A program made the translations under genes and the position numbers. From contig OX597815.1 of NCBI GenBank assembly GCA_951406725.2, positions 45,508,001 through 45,572,000 of the forward strand: 64,000 nt of DNA, read 5' to 3'. Below are positions 1 through 12,330 of the stretch, piece by piece (the first letter of the stretch is position 1; the number at the start of each line of letters is the position of its first letter). Below the pieces are notes generated by a model that did no database searches, was not told the DNA's origin, and saw only the letters and a list, made by a program, of their open reading frames with translations. This DNA is from Octopus vulgaris. Lineage: Eukaryota.

Positions 1-340
1 TTATTTTGTAGACTCCAAAAGGATGAAATTCAAAGTTGACTTCAGTGAAATTTGAATTCGGAATGTAAAGCCAGAAGAGATACTGCTAAGTATTTTGTCC
101 AGTATGTAAATGATTCTGCCAGCTCTCAACCCTTAATAATAATAATTCTTTTACCTATATGCACAAGGCCTGAAATTTTGAGGGAGAGAACATGTCAACT
201 TTACTGACCCCTGTGTTAAACTGGTATTTATTTTATCAACTCTGGAAAGTAAGGTTGACTATGGCAGCATCTGAACGTAAGGCTGGAAGTCCCTCTTAAC
301 ATTTTGTCTAGCATGCTAATGTTTCTGCCAGCTTGCTGCC
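1..340 (-). mobile_element. Two degraded tRNA-derived SINEs with Nin-type core (family B)
   Basis: Similar to family B copies at 8385-8600 and 45020-45210 (ctttcatcctt...taaaataagtaccag core). Confidence 0.65.
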
Positions 341-622
341 TTTATGTGTGTGTGAGTGTGTGTGTGTATACAGCAAAATGGATTAACAGTCCTTCTTGAG
401 CCATTCTCTGAGCCAGATCTCTGATTTTTGACAGCTGAGTGAACTGGAGTAATGTGAAACGAAGTGATTTGTTCAAGAATACAAGGTGTTGCCCAATTAA
501 GGAATTGAAATTCCAATCATACAATCATGAGTGCGATGTTCTAACCACTAAGCTACACGCCTACACACAAACATATTTATTTATTTATATATATTATACT
601 TTAGTGGATACAATTTGATAAA

Positions 623-677
623 AGTGTTCTGACATTGTGTTCTGACAAGTTGTGTTCTGACAAGTGTTCTGACAAGT
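623..677. repeat. Short tandem repeat (gtgttctgaca core, 4 copies)
   Basis: The core gtgttctgaca recurs four times with 13-16 bp spacing. Confidence 0.8.
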
Positions 678-1319
678 CAGTACTTCACACCATTCATTCA
701 ATGATTTATTTGTCAGTTCTAGTCCAGTGCTCTTCTGAATTACAATTCCATATGTGTTATTTTTTTTATATATATTTTTTTCAAAATGCAGCAAAATTAC
801 TCAGCAAATCTGTATAATTATATAACAACAACCAAGATCCAGTTTCTTCCTTGATTTTACAATATTAATTTTAGAACAAGTGTCCCCAACTACCAGACTA
901 GTACCAAGATGTAGATCATTTTGGTACCAGGCTGTTCAGAAAGAATAAATTTTAAAATGTTTATATCTATGTTATTGACTATTGCAATCTGTAGGGTGTT
1001 TTTAGATTATATATGTTTTATATATGCAATAATTAACTTAAGTATTATGTATTTTCTTGTGTTTTATTATGTACTTGATCCTCCTGTTCCATGGAAAAAT
1101 AATCTTGCATTAAACCAGTCCTTGGTATAAAAATGTTAGAGAACACTGCTCTAGGAGATAACATTTACCAGAGGTTGAACACAACTGCCAATCAGAGCTG
1201 TCCCACAAGGTGAACTCTCACTCTCTCACACTCATGCACACACATACACACACATTCAAACATATATAAGAAAAATAATAGGTGTATTGTGGTAGTGACG
1301 ACACTGATAATGATGATAG

Positions 1320-1350
<31 letters not shown>

Positions 1351-1428
1351 AACACTTAGACATCAATACACTTAGACAATTGCGACTGAATTACTTAGAG
1401 GCATCACTAAAAAAAGTCAAGAACTTAC

Positions 1429-1488
1429 CCCAGCAGATATATAAACAGGCAGAAATATATATCCCATCAGAAGGAGGACAAACATGGC
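1429..1488 (-). CDS. SLC5A: SLC5A cotransporter, coding exon 4 (gene continues beyond window start)
   Basis: ttttatgtttag acceptor; AMFVLLLMGYIFLPVYISAG (compare SGLT1 [20 protein letters not shown]); GTAAGT donor. 60 nt. Confidence 0.92.
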
Positions 1489-1774
1489 CTAAACATAAAA
1501 AAATCATAACATTTTAGGAATCGAGAATGCTGAATAAAATAAAAATAAATACCCCTGTTAAAACATTCAATTCAATAAGTTCATGCTTTTTAATTCAGTT
1601 AGTCAGCATATAATTCAGATTTTTATTGGTCCCAGATGATGAAAATCTTCCGTACTGCACACCAACCAGCATTTTCATTCTTATAGTAGCATTTCATAGC
1701 ACTTGTCTTTTCTAACCTGAACAACATCAATACACTAACATATAAAGTTATATATACTTCTTCAGAAAAAAACT

Positions 1775-2142
1775 TGGTGTGGCTGTGTGGTAAGGCGCTT
1801 ACTTCCCAACCACATGGTTCCAGGTTCAATCCCACTACATAGCACCTTGGGCAAATGTATTTTACTATAGCCTCAGGCTGACCAAAGCCTCATGAATGCA
1901 TTTGGCAGACAGAAACTGAAAGAAACCCATTGTGTGTGTGTTTGTGTTAGTCTCCCACCACCGCTTGATAACTGGTGTTGGTATGTTTACGTCCCCATAA
2001 CTTAGTGGTCCAGCAAAGAGATCCATAGAATAAGTACCAGGCTTAAAAAACAAAAGTACTGGGGTTGATTCATTCATCTAAAAATTCTTCACAGCAGTGC
2101 TCCAGCATGGCCACAGCCTAATGACTGAGACAAATAAAAGAT
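1775..2142 (+). mobile_element. tRNA-derived SINE family A
   Basis: Head tggctgtgtggtaag with B box ggttcaatccc, central ccttgggcaa motif, tail cagcatggccacag...gactgagacaa. Confidence 0.85.
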
Positions 2143-2587
2143 TAAAGATATTGAAATACATTCCTTCTTATTCCTTCACTACTATTTCACCCTCCTCTAT
2201 TTTTCCTGTCACCTCCAATCACTGTTTTGCCCATTATGCACTTGTTTTTTTTCACCTTCTCACCATAATTCGTCTTCTGTCATTGTCAAATGATTGAAAC
2301 AAGTAAAAGAATAAATGGGTAAAAACTTTAAGGATATCATGTATCTAGGTAAGTACATCACTTGCCTTCCAAATGTTACATTTGGTCATATATGAGAAAA
2401 GAAGAGTCAATAAGTTCGACTTCCACAGGGTGCCGTTTCAGAGAGCTAACCTATTCAAAGCTACAGCTAAATTCCCATGCATGAAGCCTACCTGAAATGG
2501 AATGGCTCCAAATGGGAATCAAACTGAACTAGCCAAAATTCTAATTTATACTTTAGAAAAGCAAAACAGAAATTTCTGTATATGCAG

Positions 2588-2786
2588 CAAAAAGAAAAGA
2601 AAAGGAAAGAAAAAAGAAAAGAAAAGAAAAGGAAAGAAAAGGAAAGGAAAGGAAAGAAAAGGAAAGGAAAGAAAAGGAAAGGAAAGGAAAGGAAAGGAAA
2701 GAAAAGAAAGGAAAGGAAAGAAAAGGAAAGAAAGAAAAAAAGAAAGAAAGAAAGAAAAAGAAAGAAAGAAAGAAAGAAAGAAAAAG
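2588..2786. repeat. Pure-purine (GGAAA/GAAA)n tract
   Basis: About 200 bp of A and G only, ending next to the exon 3 donor. Confidence 0.95.
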
Positions 2787-2791
2787 CTTAC

Positions 2792-2896
2792 ATTTATTTC
2801 AAATACTCCAACTGCTATGCCAGCTGCAGCTCCTGAACCAGCCAGACCAATAAAATGAATGCTCCCAATGTTACTGGCAAACAGAGAAGCTCCAAC
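2792..2896 (-). CDS. SLC5A: SLC5A cotransporter, coding exon 3
   Basis: ttttacag acceptor; [35 protein letters not shown] is the SGLT sugar-binding segment; GTAAGC donor. 105 nt, inside ORF 2546..2935. Confidence 0.96.
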
Positions 2897-2967
2897 CTGT
2901 AAAAGAGAATGTAGAATTCTGTCAAATATTTTCACAAAGAAATTTTTCTATTGAGACTTATGCTCTA

Positions 2968-3160
2968 TGACGGGGTGCTGAAAAGTTCCTGGCTTTGGGT
3001 AAAAGAAAATAAAGGGGGATCAGTTAATTATGATTTAATTCAACATATTCCCCTCTCAGATTCACACAGCAGCAGCCCTTCAGTTTTTCTAAGCCCTGCA
3101 AAAGAACTCGGAAAGTTGGGCCTCTAACCAGGCCAGGAATTTTTTAGCAACCCCTCGCAT
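2968..3160. mobile_element. Mariner-type MITE
   Basis: TIRs tgacggggtgctgaaaagttcctggc ... gccaggaattttttagcaacccctcgc, TA-flanked. Sister copies at 3777-3975, 12686-12888 and 47155-47312. Confidence 0.75.
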
Positions 3161-3194
3161 ATATATGTATGTGTGTGTGTGTGTTTGAACAACA

Positions 3195-3775
3195 GGTCTC
3201 ATGGAGCCAAAGTAGCTGAGTACTTTTCGAACATTGGGCCTCATGGAGGCAAAGCGGCTGAGTTCCTTTCGAGTGTTGGGCCTCACAGTGGCAAGGTGGC
3301 TGAGTTCCTTTCAAGCAGGCCTCACGGAGGCAAGGTGGGTGAGTTCCTTTCAAATGCTGGACTTCATGGAGGCAAAGTGGTCAAGCTCCTGGGCCTCATG
3401 GAAGCAAAGTGACTGAGCTCCTTTCAAGCACTGGGCCTCATAAAGGCAAAGTGGCTGAGCTCCATTCGAGTGTTGGGCCTCACAGAGGCAATGACCAAGA
3501 CCTTTGACATTATGTTGTGCTTGAGAAGACCCATGAAGCCAAGCAAAATCATAGTCATAGTAGATACCAGTGTCATGCAAATGGCACCCATGCCATTGGC
3601 ACGTAAAAGCACCTATTACACTCTTGGAATGGTTGGCATTAGGAAGGGCATCCAGCTGTAGAAAACCATGCCAAATCAGACTGGATCCTGGTTCAGCCTT
3701 CCAGCATGCCAGCCCAATCAAACCATCCAACCCATGCCAGCATGGATAACAGATGTTAAATGATGATGGTGATGA
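3195..3775 (+). mobile_element. RTE-derived 3' fragment preceded by a ~42-bp tandem array
   Basis: Repeats of gggcctcatggaggcaaagtggctgagttcctttc lead into LGLTEAMT; tail ggcattaggaagggcatccagc...gttaaatgatgatg. Confidence 0.75.
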
Positions 3776-3776
3776 T

Positions 3777-3975
3777 ATGAGGGTTGCTGAAAAGTTCCTT
3801 GCTTTGGGCGTAAGAAAATGCAGGAGGATCGGTTAATTATGATTTTATTCAACATTTCCCTCTCAGATTCACACACTTATTGCAGTGGTCCTTCAGTTTT
3901 TCTAAGCCCTGTGAAAGAACTTGGGGCCTCTCACAATACCCTTAAAACCAAGAACTTTTCAGTAACCACTTGTAG
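3777..3975. mobile_element. Mariner-type MITE
   Basis: tatgagggttgctgaaaagttcc ... gaacttttcagtaaccacttgta; homologous to 2968-3160. Confidence 0.7.
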
Positions 3976-4207
3976 ATGAGAGAACAGGTACAACTCTGAC
4001 TTTTCAGACACTGATGGTCCTGATCCTCATATATTCCACAATATACAAACAGGAACTTCATATTCCCACGTCCATCAGACTAGTATACATATACCTTGTA
4101 CAGACTAATACCATCCACAGTACACTATTAATAAACTTGAATCATTTAAACTGATGTACAGGTACTTGAATTTCATTTAATTATTTAAAATAAATTTAAT
4201 ATTTGTT

Positions 4208-4435
4208 TAACTCTTTAGCATTTAAGTTACTCTATCAAATGTAATGTTTATTTATTCACATCACTTTGAATTAATCATGCGTTATCTCATAGCTATGAAA
4301 CTCCACTGATGTGATTGTTTTATTTTGAAAATGGCATTGCAGGATAGGTGTAAGAGGACAGATCTGACTGATTTGAAGATAAAACAAGTAGAATATCTGG
4401 GCCAGATATGACTGGTTTTAATGCTAAAAGGTTAA
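4208..4435. mobile_element. TTAA-flanked (piggyBac-like) MITE
   Basis: Inverted termini ttaactctttagcatt ... aatgctaaaaggttaa. Related copies near 21838-21990, 22755-22980 and split around 39510/44655. Confidence 0.6.
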
Positions 4436-4563
4436 TTTAGAATAGGTTAACCAAAGTGGCCACTTGTGGCTGAGAAAAGTTAGTAATCTAGAAAGCCTTT
4501 GGAACAAAGGGTTCTGGAAAATTGATGTTGTACCTGTACTAATTTTTCAAACTGACAACCAGA

Positions 4564-5240
4564 GGTACTCTTAAATGGGCTGGTTATGCTGCACTGGCAT
4601 ATGCCACAGTTATGGTCTCACTTGGCTCGCCGGATCTTCTCAAGCACAGCATATCTCCAAAGGTCTCGGTCACTTGTCATCGCCTGTGGAAGATGTAGAC
4701 CAAGGAAGACTTGGGATGAGGTGGTGAAGCACAACCTTTGAACATTGGGCCTCACTGAAGCGATGACAAGTGACCGTGTCCTTTGGAGATATGCTATGCT
4801 TGAGAAGATCCGGCAAGCCAAGTGAGACCATAACTGTGGCGTATACCAGTGCAGCATAACCAGCCCATTTAAGAGTACCCTTCAATCATTGGGCAGTAAA
4901 ACTGTGCTTGCGATGACCTGTTGAAGCAAGTGAAATTGTTGCCGTGGTCGATGCCAGTGCTGCCTGACTGGTCCCATGCTGGTGGCACATAAAAAGTACC
5001 AGTCAAGTGTGATTGTTGCCTAACTGCCTAACTGGCCCTCATGCCAGTGGCACATAAAAAGCACCCACTACACTCTTGGAATGGTTGGCATTAGGAAGGG
5101 CATCCAGCTGCAGAAATTTTGCCACATCATATTGGAGCTTGGTGCTGCCTTCTGGCTTGCCAATCCTCAGTCAAACTGTCCAACCTATGCCAGCATGGAA
5201 AGCAGACGTTGAATGATGGCAATGATGATGATGATGATGA
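4564..5240 (+). mobile_element. RTE LINE 3' end with inverted duplication at its 5' side
   Basis: GRCRPRKTWDEVVKHNL..LGLTEAMTSDRVLWRYA C-terminal motif, RTE-type tail ending in (GAT)n, and 120-bp inverted arms. Confidence 0.8.
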
Positions 5241-5788
5241 TAATATATGATGATATATATGATGTTTATTTATGTATTTATATATGTGTGTGGTGTGTGT
5301 GTGTGTGAAAATATTTGTGAGTCTTAGCAACCAGTACTGGTTTGTTTACATCCCCACAACTTAACAGTTCAGCAGAAGAGACTGATAGAATAAGTACTAG
5401 GCTTGAAAAATGATTATTGGGGTTTATTTTTGTAACTAAACCCTTCAAGGCAGTGTCCCAGCATGACCACAGTCCAATGACTGAAACAAGTTATAGATAA
5501 AAGAAAAAGAACATTTATTTTTACAAACCTCAGCCTAATCCATCTTTTGGGTGACTTTCAATGCACCAATTTTGAATGAATCAACATTTCTGAATGTCAG
5601 TATTATTAAGCAATTCACACAATATATAGTGAATTCATATGGTTATATTTCTTTTAGGTATTAACAATTGATAAAGATTAAGAATACTCTGCTTTAGAAT
5701 TCCTATTACTTTGTGTCTGTATCTATTAAATAAAATTATTTCCTTTATTTAGTTTTCAATACTATAAGCATTATATTGTATACACAAT

Positions 5789-5982
5789 AGGCGCAGGAGT
5801 GGTTGTGTGGTAAGTGCTTGCTTACCAACCACATGGTTCCGGGCTCATTCTCACTGCGTGGCACCTTGAGCAAGTGTCTTCTACTATAGCCTTGGCCGAC
5901 CAAAGCCTTGTGAGTGGATTTGGTAGACGGAAACTGAAAGAAGGCTGTCGTATATATATATATATATATACGCATATATGTG

Positions 5983-6027
<45 letters not shown>

Positions 6028-6220
6028 TTGTGTGTGTTTATCCCCACCAACATCACTTGACAACCGATGGTGGTATGTTTACGTCCCCGTAACTTAGCGG
6101 TTTGGCAAACAAGAAGATAGAATAAGTACTAGGCTTCCAAGGAGTAAGTCCTGGGGTCGATTTACCTGACAAAAGGCAGTGCTCCAGCATGGCCACAGTC
6201 AAATGACTGAAACAAGTAAA
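5789..6220 (+). mobile_element. tRNA-derived SINE family A, full length
   Basis: ggcgcaggagtggttgtgtggtaag head, internal (TA)n/(TG)n, tail ggcagtgctccagcatggccacagtcaaatgactgaaacaagtaaaa. Confidence 0.9.
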
Positions 6221-7739
6221 ACAGTACAGTATAACATATTTTATGGATTTTATATGGGTTAATAAATACCAGTTAATTTGAATCTGTTAAATACAATTTA
6301 GCTCATTAACTTTCATAGTTTATTTTACATTTTAAATATATATTTAGATTGTCTTGAGAAAACCAGAAAATCCAGATATCTTGGACACTTCCATTCCCAA
6401 ACTTGCTGGATAACTGGTTCAATGCTATATATCCACTTAAAATGTTATTATCCATAACTGCAGAAAGCAGTTTGATATACCAATCTATCTTTTGTTGAGG
6501 AATGTCATGTTTGAAACTACTTTTTGTTGAGGTCTGTCAAGTTTACTGAGGAAGAGTGATTGCAAAAAATCCCAATTCTAATTTTTTTGGTAGATATTTA
6601 ACATTATTAATGACCATGAATTTTAATTTTGCAGTGAAAGGGTTTGATGTTGATATAGCCTTAGATATAGCCTTCAATAATTAGAGTTATTATACTCACC
6701 TCATTAAGTCAGTTAAGCACTTCACTATTTTCTGTGTGGATGATATTCCAGGACTATTTATCTAAGTTTGTGTTGTCATACCAATCATCATCATCATCAT
6801 AATGTCCACTTTTCCATGGGTTAGACAGAGTTTATATAAAGTAGATTTTCTATGTCCTCATCTGCTTCAAAGCAAGGTAATATTTCCCCATGGCTGACAT
6901 AGTTTTGGAAATGATTGATACTATCTGTATTACAATGACACTCATTTACAACAATCACACAATGTCAGGACAAGGAGAAACACACACACACATACACACA
7001 CACACAATGGGCTTTCCACCTTCCAAATCCACTTACAAGGCTTTGGGTGGCCCAGGTGTATAGAAGACACTTACCCAAGGTGCCACACAGTGAGACTGAA
7101 CATAAAAACCATGTGGTTAAGAAACAAACTTCTTACCATACAGTCATATCCGTGCTCATGCCACACTTGCACCTATCAACATATGTGAAAGGGTAAAGAC
7201 CCCCTTTGGTCATGAATGACCATGGGATTGCACCTAGAAAGTTATCCTCTGAGGTACAAGTCCAAGTAAGGCTGTTTATGGAAGATTAGCAGTCACCACC
7301 AGTGATATTGCAACACATTTCTACAGCTGAGTGAACTGAAGCAACATGAAATAAAGTGTCTTACTCAATAACACAACACACAAGCCAGTCTGGGAATCAA
7401 ACTCACTACCTCATGATTGCATACCCTGTATATGCATATATTTCTTTCTCTCCTTCAATCTAGTAAACACACAAATAATGTGAGATCGAATTAAACTAAC
7501 ATGTACAGAGTTATTACAATGTCTGCCGAAGGTCAAACTATTCTTCCCCTCACCACATTGCCCATTTTCAATTTTAATTAATTGAGGATAGTTGCATTAG
7601 AAGGTGCCAATCTCTAATTATAGAGAGAGCATGTGGAAGGGGTAGACCCAGGAAGATGTGAGACAAAGTGGTGAGAAAGAATCTATAAATGAAACCCACA
7701 GAGGGGATGACAGGGGACTAAAACTCCTGGTGGTTTGCT

Positions 7740-8053
7740 GTGCTTGAAAAGATACATCAAGCTAAGTAAAAGCATGGTTGCCCTTGCATACATGCTTGTC
7801 CCTTGCAACCATCTCTACCTAGCATCCCTAATCTTGTGGGCTCTTAAGTGCTGGTGTCACATAAAAAGCACTCATACTGGTACTGTGTAAAAGTACACAC
7901 TATAAACTGGTTAGAGCTAGGAAGGGCATCCAGCTGTAGAAACCATGCCAAAACAGACTTGGAGCCTGAACAGCCCTTCAGCTGGTCAGCTTCTGTCAAA
8001 CCATCCAACCTATGCCAGCATGGAAAACAGACATTAAATAATGATGATGATGA
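7740..8053 (+). mobile_element. RTE-type 3' tail fragment
   Basis: aggaagggcatccagctgtagaaacc...ccatccaacctatgccagcatgg...(gat)n, as at 3640-3775. Confidence 0.65.
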
Positions 8054-8280
8054 TCTGACTTTTAATTAATTGCATTAAAAAAAAAAAAAACAAACATCAG
8101 CAAACAAATTGGAAAATTAGTACATTCTAAATGAAATTTTTTTGTGCTATTTGTTGTATATCAAGTTACAGATACTTTGTTAGTTCTGCTGTCAGACACT
8201 TATTGAAACATGAAAATCTGTAACCAGGGACATATTCTGCATAAACAGTGAATAAAATACAATAAAATAGTTTTACTTAC

Positions 8281-8349
8281 AGGCATCCAACTCATGTTCC
8301 TGCCAGCCATGAAATATCCCCTGGTACTGCTACGGTTCTTCCGTGAACT
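8281..8349 (-). CDS. SLC5A: SLC5A cotransporter, coding exon 2
   Basis: tttatattcag acceptor; SSRKNRSSTRGYFMAGRNMSWMP carries the family motif GYFxAGRxMxWxP; GTAAGT donor. 69 nt. Confidence 0.93.
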
Positions 8350-8384
8350 CTGAATATAAATATAAATATAAAGCATTTGAATAA

Positions 8385-8600
8385 TCTTTTCTACTATAGG
8401 TACAGGGCCTGAAATTTTTTTGTGGGAGGGGATAAGTTGATTACAGCAACCTCAATGTTTCACTGGTATTTAATTTATCGACCCTAAAAGGATGAAAGGC
8501 AAAGTCGACCTCAGTAACCTTTGAGCTCAGAACATAAAGACGAAATGCCCCAAAGTATTTTGCCCAACATGCTAACAATTCTGCCAGCTTGCCACCTTAA
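8385..8600 (-). mobile_element. tRNA-derived SINE family B (Nin-type core)
   Basis: Reverse strand ggtggcaagctggcagaattgttagc...gaggtcgactttgcctttcatccttttagggtcgataaattaaataccag. Confidence 0.8.
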
Positions 8601-8606
8601 AGCATT

Positions 8607-8653
<47 letters not shown>

Positions 8654-8789
8654 CGTCAATCTGTATTTTACTACATATAGCATCATGCCTTTCTTATTGT
8701 GCATTTACATTCATGGAGACTTAAGTCAATCTTCATAAATTATAATGATAATAATCCTATCTATCATAATCCTATCTCTTGTTCCTAAA

Positions 8790-9790
8790 ATTTCAGGCCT
8801 TGTGCCTGAAATTTTAGGAACAAGAGATAGTCTATTGCATCAACCCCATGGTTCAACTGGTACTTATTTTATCAATCTCAAAAGGATGAAAGGTAATGAA
8901 AGGTTAGCAGAATTTGAGTTCAAAACATAAAACCAGAAGAAATGCAGCTAAGCTTTTTGTCCAGCAGGGTAACAATTCTGCCAGATCACCATCTCAATCT
9001 ATAAAGCTGAAATGCGAAAAAGTTGTTTGATTTCTTGGTTATTTGTCTCATTTTGGGATGGGAACGGTATAAGGGGCAGTAGATGGGGTCAGATTGGTGC
9101 CAAAATTTACACGGGGGGGGGGGTAAAATGGGGGTGGGCAATGGTGTGAGGAGGGCTACAAGTCATTTGGAGCTACCGTTTGGTTGCCATGGTGAGGAAT
9201 ATGGGAAAAATTGAGTTTTAAAGAAGATAAAGACGAAGAAAAAATTTTTAAATAAGAAAAAGAAGAGGGCAATAAAAAGAACCAGGCAAAGAAGACGAAC
9301 AAAAGAAGAAGGGGAAAAGGAGACAACACGCACAAAACAACACCACCACCAAAACCCGAGCGAAGCACGGGTCAAAATAGCTAGTCTTTATATATAAGTA
9401 ATTATTCATTCTAATTTTGGCACTAGGCCAGTGATTTTGAGGAGAGAAGTAAATCAATTACACCAACCCCAGTGCTCATCCTTGGAAGGATTAGAACTTA
9501 GAATTTAAAGTCAAAGTTATGGTGACTAAGTATTTTGTCCATCATGCTAACAATTCAGCCAATTTGTTGCCTTTAGTAATAATAATGGTTTCAAATTTTG
9601 GCACAAGGTCAACAGTTTTGGGGAAGGAGGTAAGTCAATTACATTTCCTTAGTATTCAACTGGTACTTATTTACTGACCCTGGAAGGATGAAAGGCAAAG
9701 TCAACCTCAGTGGAATTTGAACCCAGAACATAGAGATGGATGAAATACTGCTAAGCATTTTGCCAAGCATGCTAATTATTCTGCCAGCTC
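8790..9790 (-). mobile_element. Cluster of three degraded family B SINEs
   Basis: Copies at about 8790-8995, 9410-9575 and 9585-9790 share family B head and core. Confidence 0.65.
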
Positions 9791-9802
9791 TCTGTTTTGC
9801 CT

Positions 9803-9842
<40 letters not shown>

Positions 9843-10092
9843 GACAAAGAATGGTTTCTGATTTAGGTAAAAGACTAGCAAATTTAAGATGATGGATGAA
9901 TAACAAATGAACAGCAGCAGTTATGGTGATGACAATGATGACATGATATATTTTTCTGAAAATATAATTTAAACCTAGTAAAAAAAAATTGAATATGAAA
10001 CAAAACTTGATTGTATATAAACCACTCAATTTATATCAAAACCCAATCCACACTGCATTACCTCAAAAAGTAATAAATTTATTCAGAATATA

Positions 10093-11329
10093 CACAGACA
10101 TAACAGAAGTAAATAGATATCCCATAAAACATTGTTTTATGTTTATTTTAACCTGAAATGGTTTATATTTTTTATTAATTGACATTTTTATGTTTCAGGT
10201 TCTGTATGTGACTGTATAATCATGCCACATACAAAAGAAGCCTTAGAACTGTCCAAATTTCAAAGAGACCATACTGTAAGTCAATCTGAAGGTGGACTTA
10301 GAGTAAAATTGCTGAAAACCTTGGGATCTCACTTTCTACAGTTAATAGAGTGATTGTGCAATTCACCAGAGAATGGAAGGAGTCCACATCACCTCACCCA
10401 GGTCGACTAGGGACCTCTGACAGGATCCTTCACTTGATTAAGAGAAAGTGTGGAGAATAATCTCATTGCAAGGCCTTTAACATAGCAGAACAAGTTGATG
10501 TCAGTCCCAGAAAAGCTGTTAGGTATTTCCATAAACATGGGTGCTATGGCAGAGCAGCGAGAATGAAGCCGTGTCTTCAACCAGCCAATATCAAGCAGAG
10601 AAAAGATTGGATCAGTGAGATAGTGGAGAGGCCACTAGCATTCTGGGACACTGTCATATTCTTTGATGAGTCTAAATTTGCTGTATTTTCTGACAGTGGT
10701 TGAGTGACAGGAGAGTTTGTGAACAAGAGTTTGACATAAAATGATTGCAGCCAGCAATGAAACATAGCGGCTATTCTGTGATGGTATGGGGAGAAATTTG
10801 GAGCAATGGTCGATCAGAGCTGGTAGAGTGTGAGGGAAACAAACTCAAATAAAAATATGTCCATATTGCAGAAAGGACACCTTCCAACCTTCTCCTACGG
10901 TGAAATGATTAAAGAAGTCTTTATGGAAGATGGGGCTCCTTATCACACGGCTAAAAAGATTCAAGATTGGTTGGAAGAGAATGGCATTAAAAAGTTTCCA
11001 TGGCCAAGCCAGTCACCAGATATGAACCCTATTGGACACCTCTGGGGCATAATAGACAGGACACTTTGTAAAAAGAACAAGAAAGGATCCACAAAGCTAG
11101 ATCTTTTGAGATTACTGTATGAAATTGGCAGGAAATTCCTCAAAAGAATATTCATTATCTGATCAGTAGCATGCCTAATAGGGTCTTTGAAACAAAAATT
11201 GCAAAGGGCATGTCTACTAAATATTAATATTCACATTATAATAATTAATAAATAATTTGAATGTATAATTTCAGATTTAAATAAATTTTTATGATTATAA
11301 GTATGTCTATTTATTTTGTCGTGTCTATG
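10093..11329 (+). mobile_element. Tc1-family DNA transposon, near full length, decayed transposase
   Basis: TA-flanked ~30-bp imperfect TIRs (cacagacataacagaagtaaataga / tctatttattttgtcgtgtctatg). Transposase motifs FFDESKF, MVWG, EDGAPYH, WPSQSPDMNPI and terminal GMSTKY*. Confidence 0.9.
10222..11227 (+). pseudogene. Tc1 transposase pseudogene
   Basis: ATG at 10222 (MPHTKEALELSKFQR), several frameshifts and stops; ORF 10830..11162 holds the C-terminal catalytic part. Confidence 0.85.
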
Positions 11330-11584
11330 TAAAATTATAAAGCAGAAACTATAGTTAAACTACATGTGCAGTAAATAATTAACAATTACACAATTAGTTA
11401 AATACTGATGGAAAGACTAATAAATAAACTACAAAGCACATGAAATGAAATAATATAATACTGAATACCAAGTCATGACTTCAAACTTTACTATAATCAT
11501 TGTTTTCATCAATTTCTATGTCTTGGTTAACAAACAGAAAGGCATCTGACTGAAACCAATTATTTTACATAAACATCACTCACC

Positions 11585-12330
11585 ATCATCATCAGCAGCA
11601 GCAGCAGCATCATTTAACATCTATTTTCCTTGCCAGCATGGATTAGATGGTTTAACTAGAGCTGGTAAGGCCAGGAGCTGCACCAAACTTCACTATCTGT
11701 TCTGGTATGGTTTCTATTGCTGCATGCCCTTCTTAATGCCAACCACTACACAGAGTGCACTGGGTGCTTTTAACGTGGTACCATCACTGGTATCAATTTT
11801 GCTGTTGTAGATAGTTTTTCTTGAGTACAGTAATGTGCCAGATATTTCAGTTCTTAGTCATTTCCTGTATAAGGCTCAGTGTCTTGAGATCAGTCTTCAA
11901 TACTTTGGCCCATGTCTTCCTGGGTCTCCCTCTTCTACAAGTTCCATCTACTTTAAGTGATTGGCACTTCTATATGCAACTGTCAACATACATATGTATC
12001 AACATGCAACAACAATAAAGGAGGACCTCTCCGAACTATCAGGTCCACAGGTGGTCGGTCTGCACAGATGGAACTACGAATGGTTTGCTATCTCCAGTGA
12101 CCTTGCACGGGGTCGTCGAGTGTGGGCCACCATGGTTTGTGATGCAGTTAGGACCAGAGAAGAAGCCAGCTCAACCCGCCCTGGGTGAACGCCGTCACAA
12201 GTACAAATCAACATACATATGTATCACATGACAAAACCAGCAAAGTCTTCTCTCTTGGACAATGTATCTAATCCCTCTTATGCCCAACTTTTCCCTCAAA
12301 CCACTAGCACTCTGTCGTACATGTACATTA
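11585..12330 (-). mobile_element. Degraded RTE 3' fragment interrupted by another RTE
   Basis: Reverse-complement RTE tail (catttaacatct...gccagcatgg...gcccttcttaatgccaacc) continues on both sides of the 12002-12207 insertion. Confidence 0.6.
12002..12207 (+). mobile_element. 5'-truncated RTE LINE (second family) with 19-bp TSD
   Basis: TIKEDLSELSGPQVVGLHRWNYEW...DLARGRRVW C-terminus; TSD tcaacatacatatgtatca at 11983-12001 and 12208-12226. Confidence 0.8.

Noticed and set aside
1623-1835. ORF segment YITLYVSVLMLFRLEKTS resembling SLC5A exon 5
   Set aside because: It lies between exons 3 and 4, lacks the TMPEYL..RFGG motif, and the ORF begins inside a SINE.
2502-2858. Lys/Arg-rich ORFs, and similar YI, CV, HT and MYVC repeat ORFs across the window
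   Set aside because: They are translations of microsatellites.
5789-5870. tRNA-like sequences at SINE heads
   Set aside because: They continue into SINE bodies and do not form full cloverleaves, so they are not tRNA genes.
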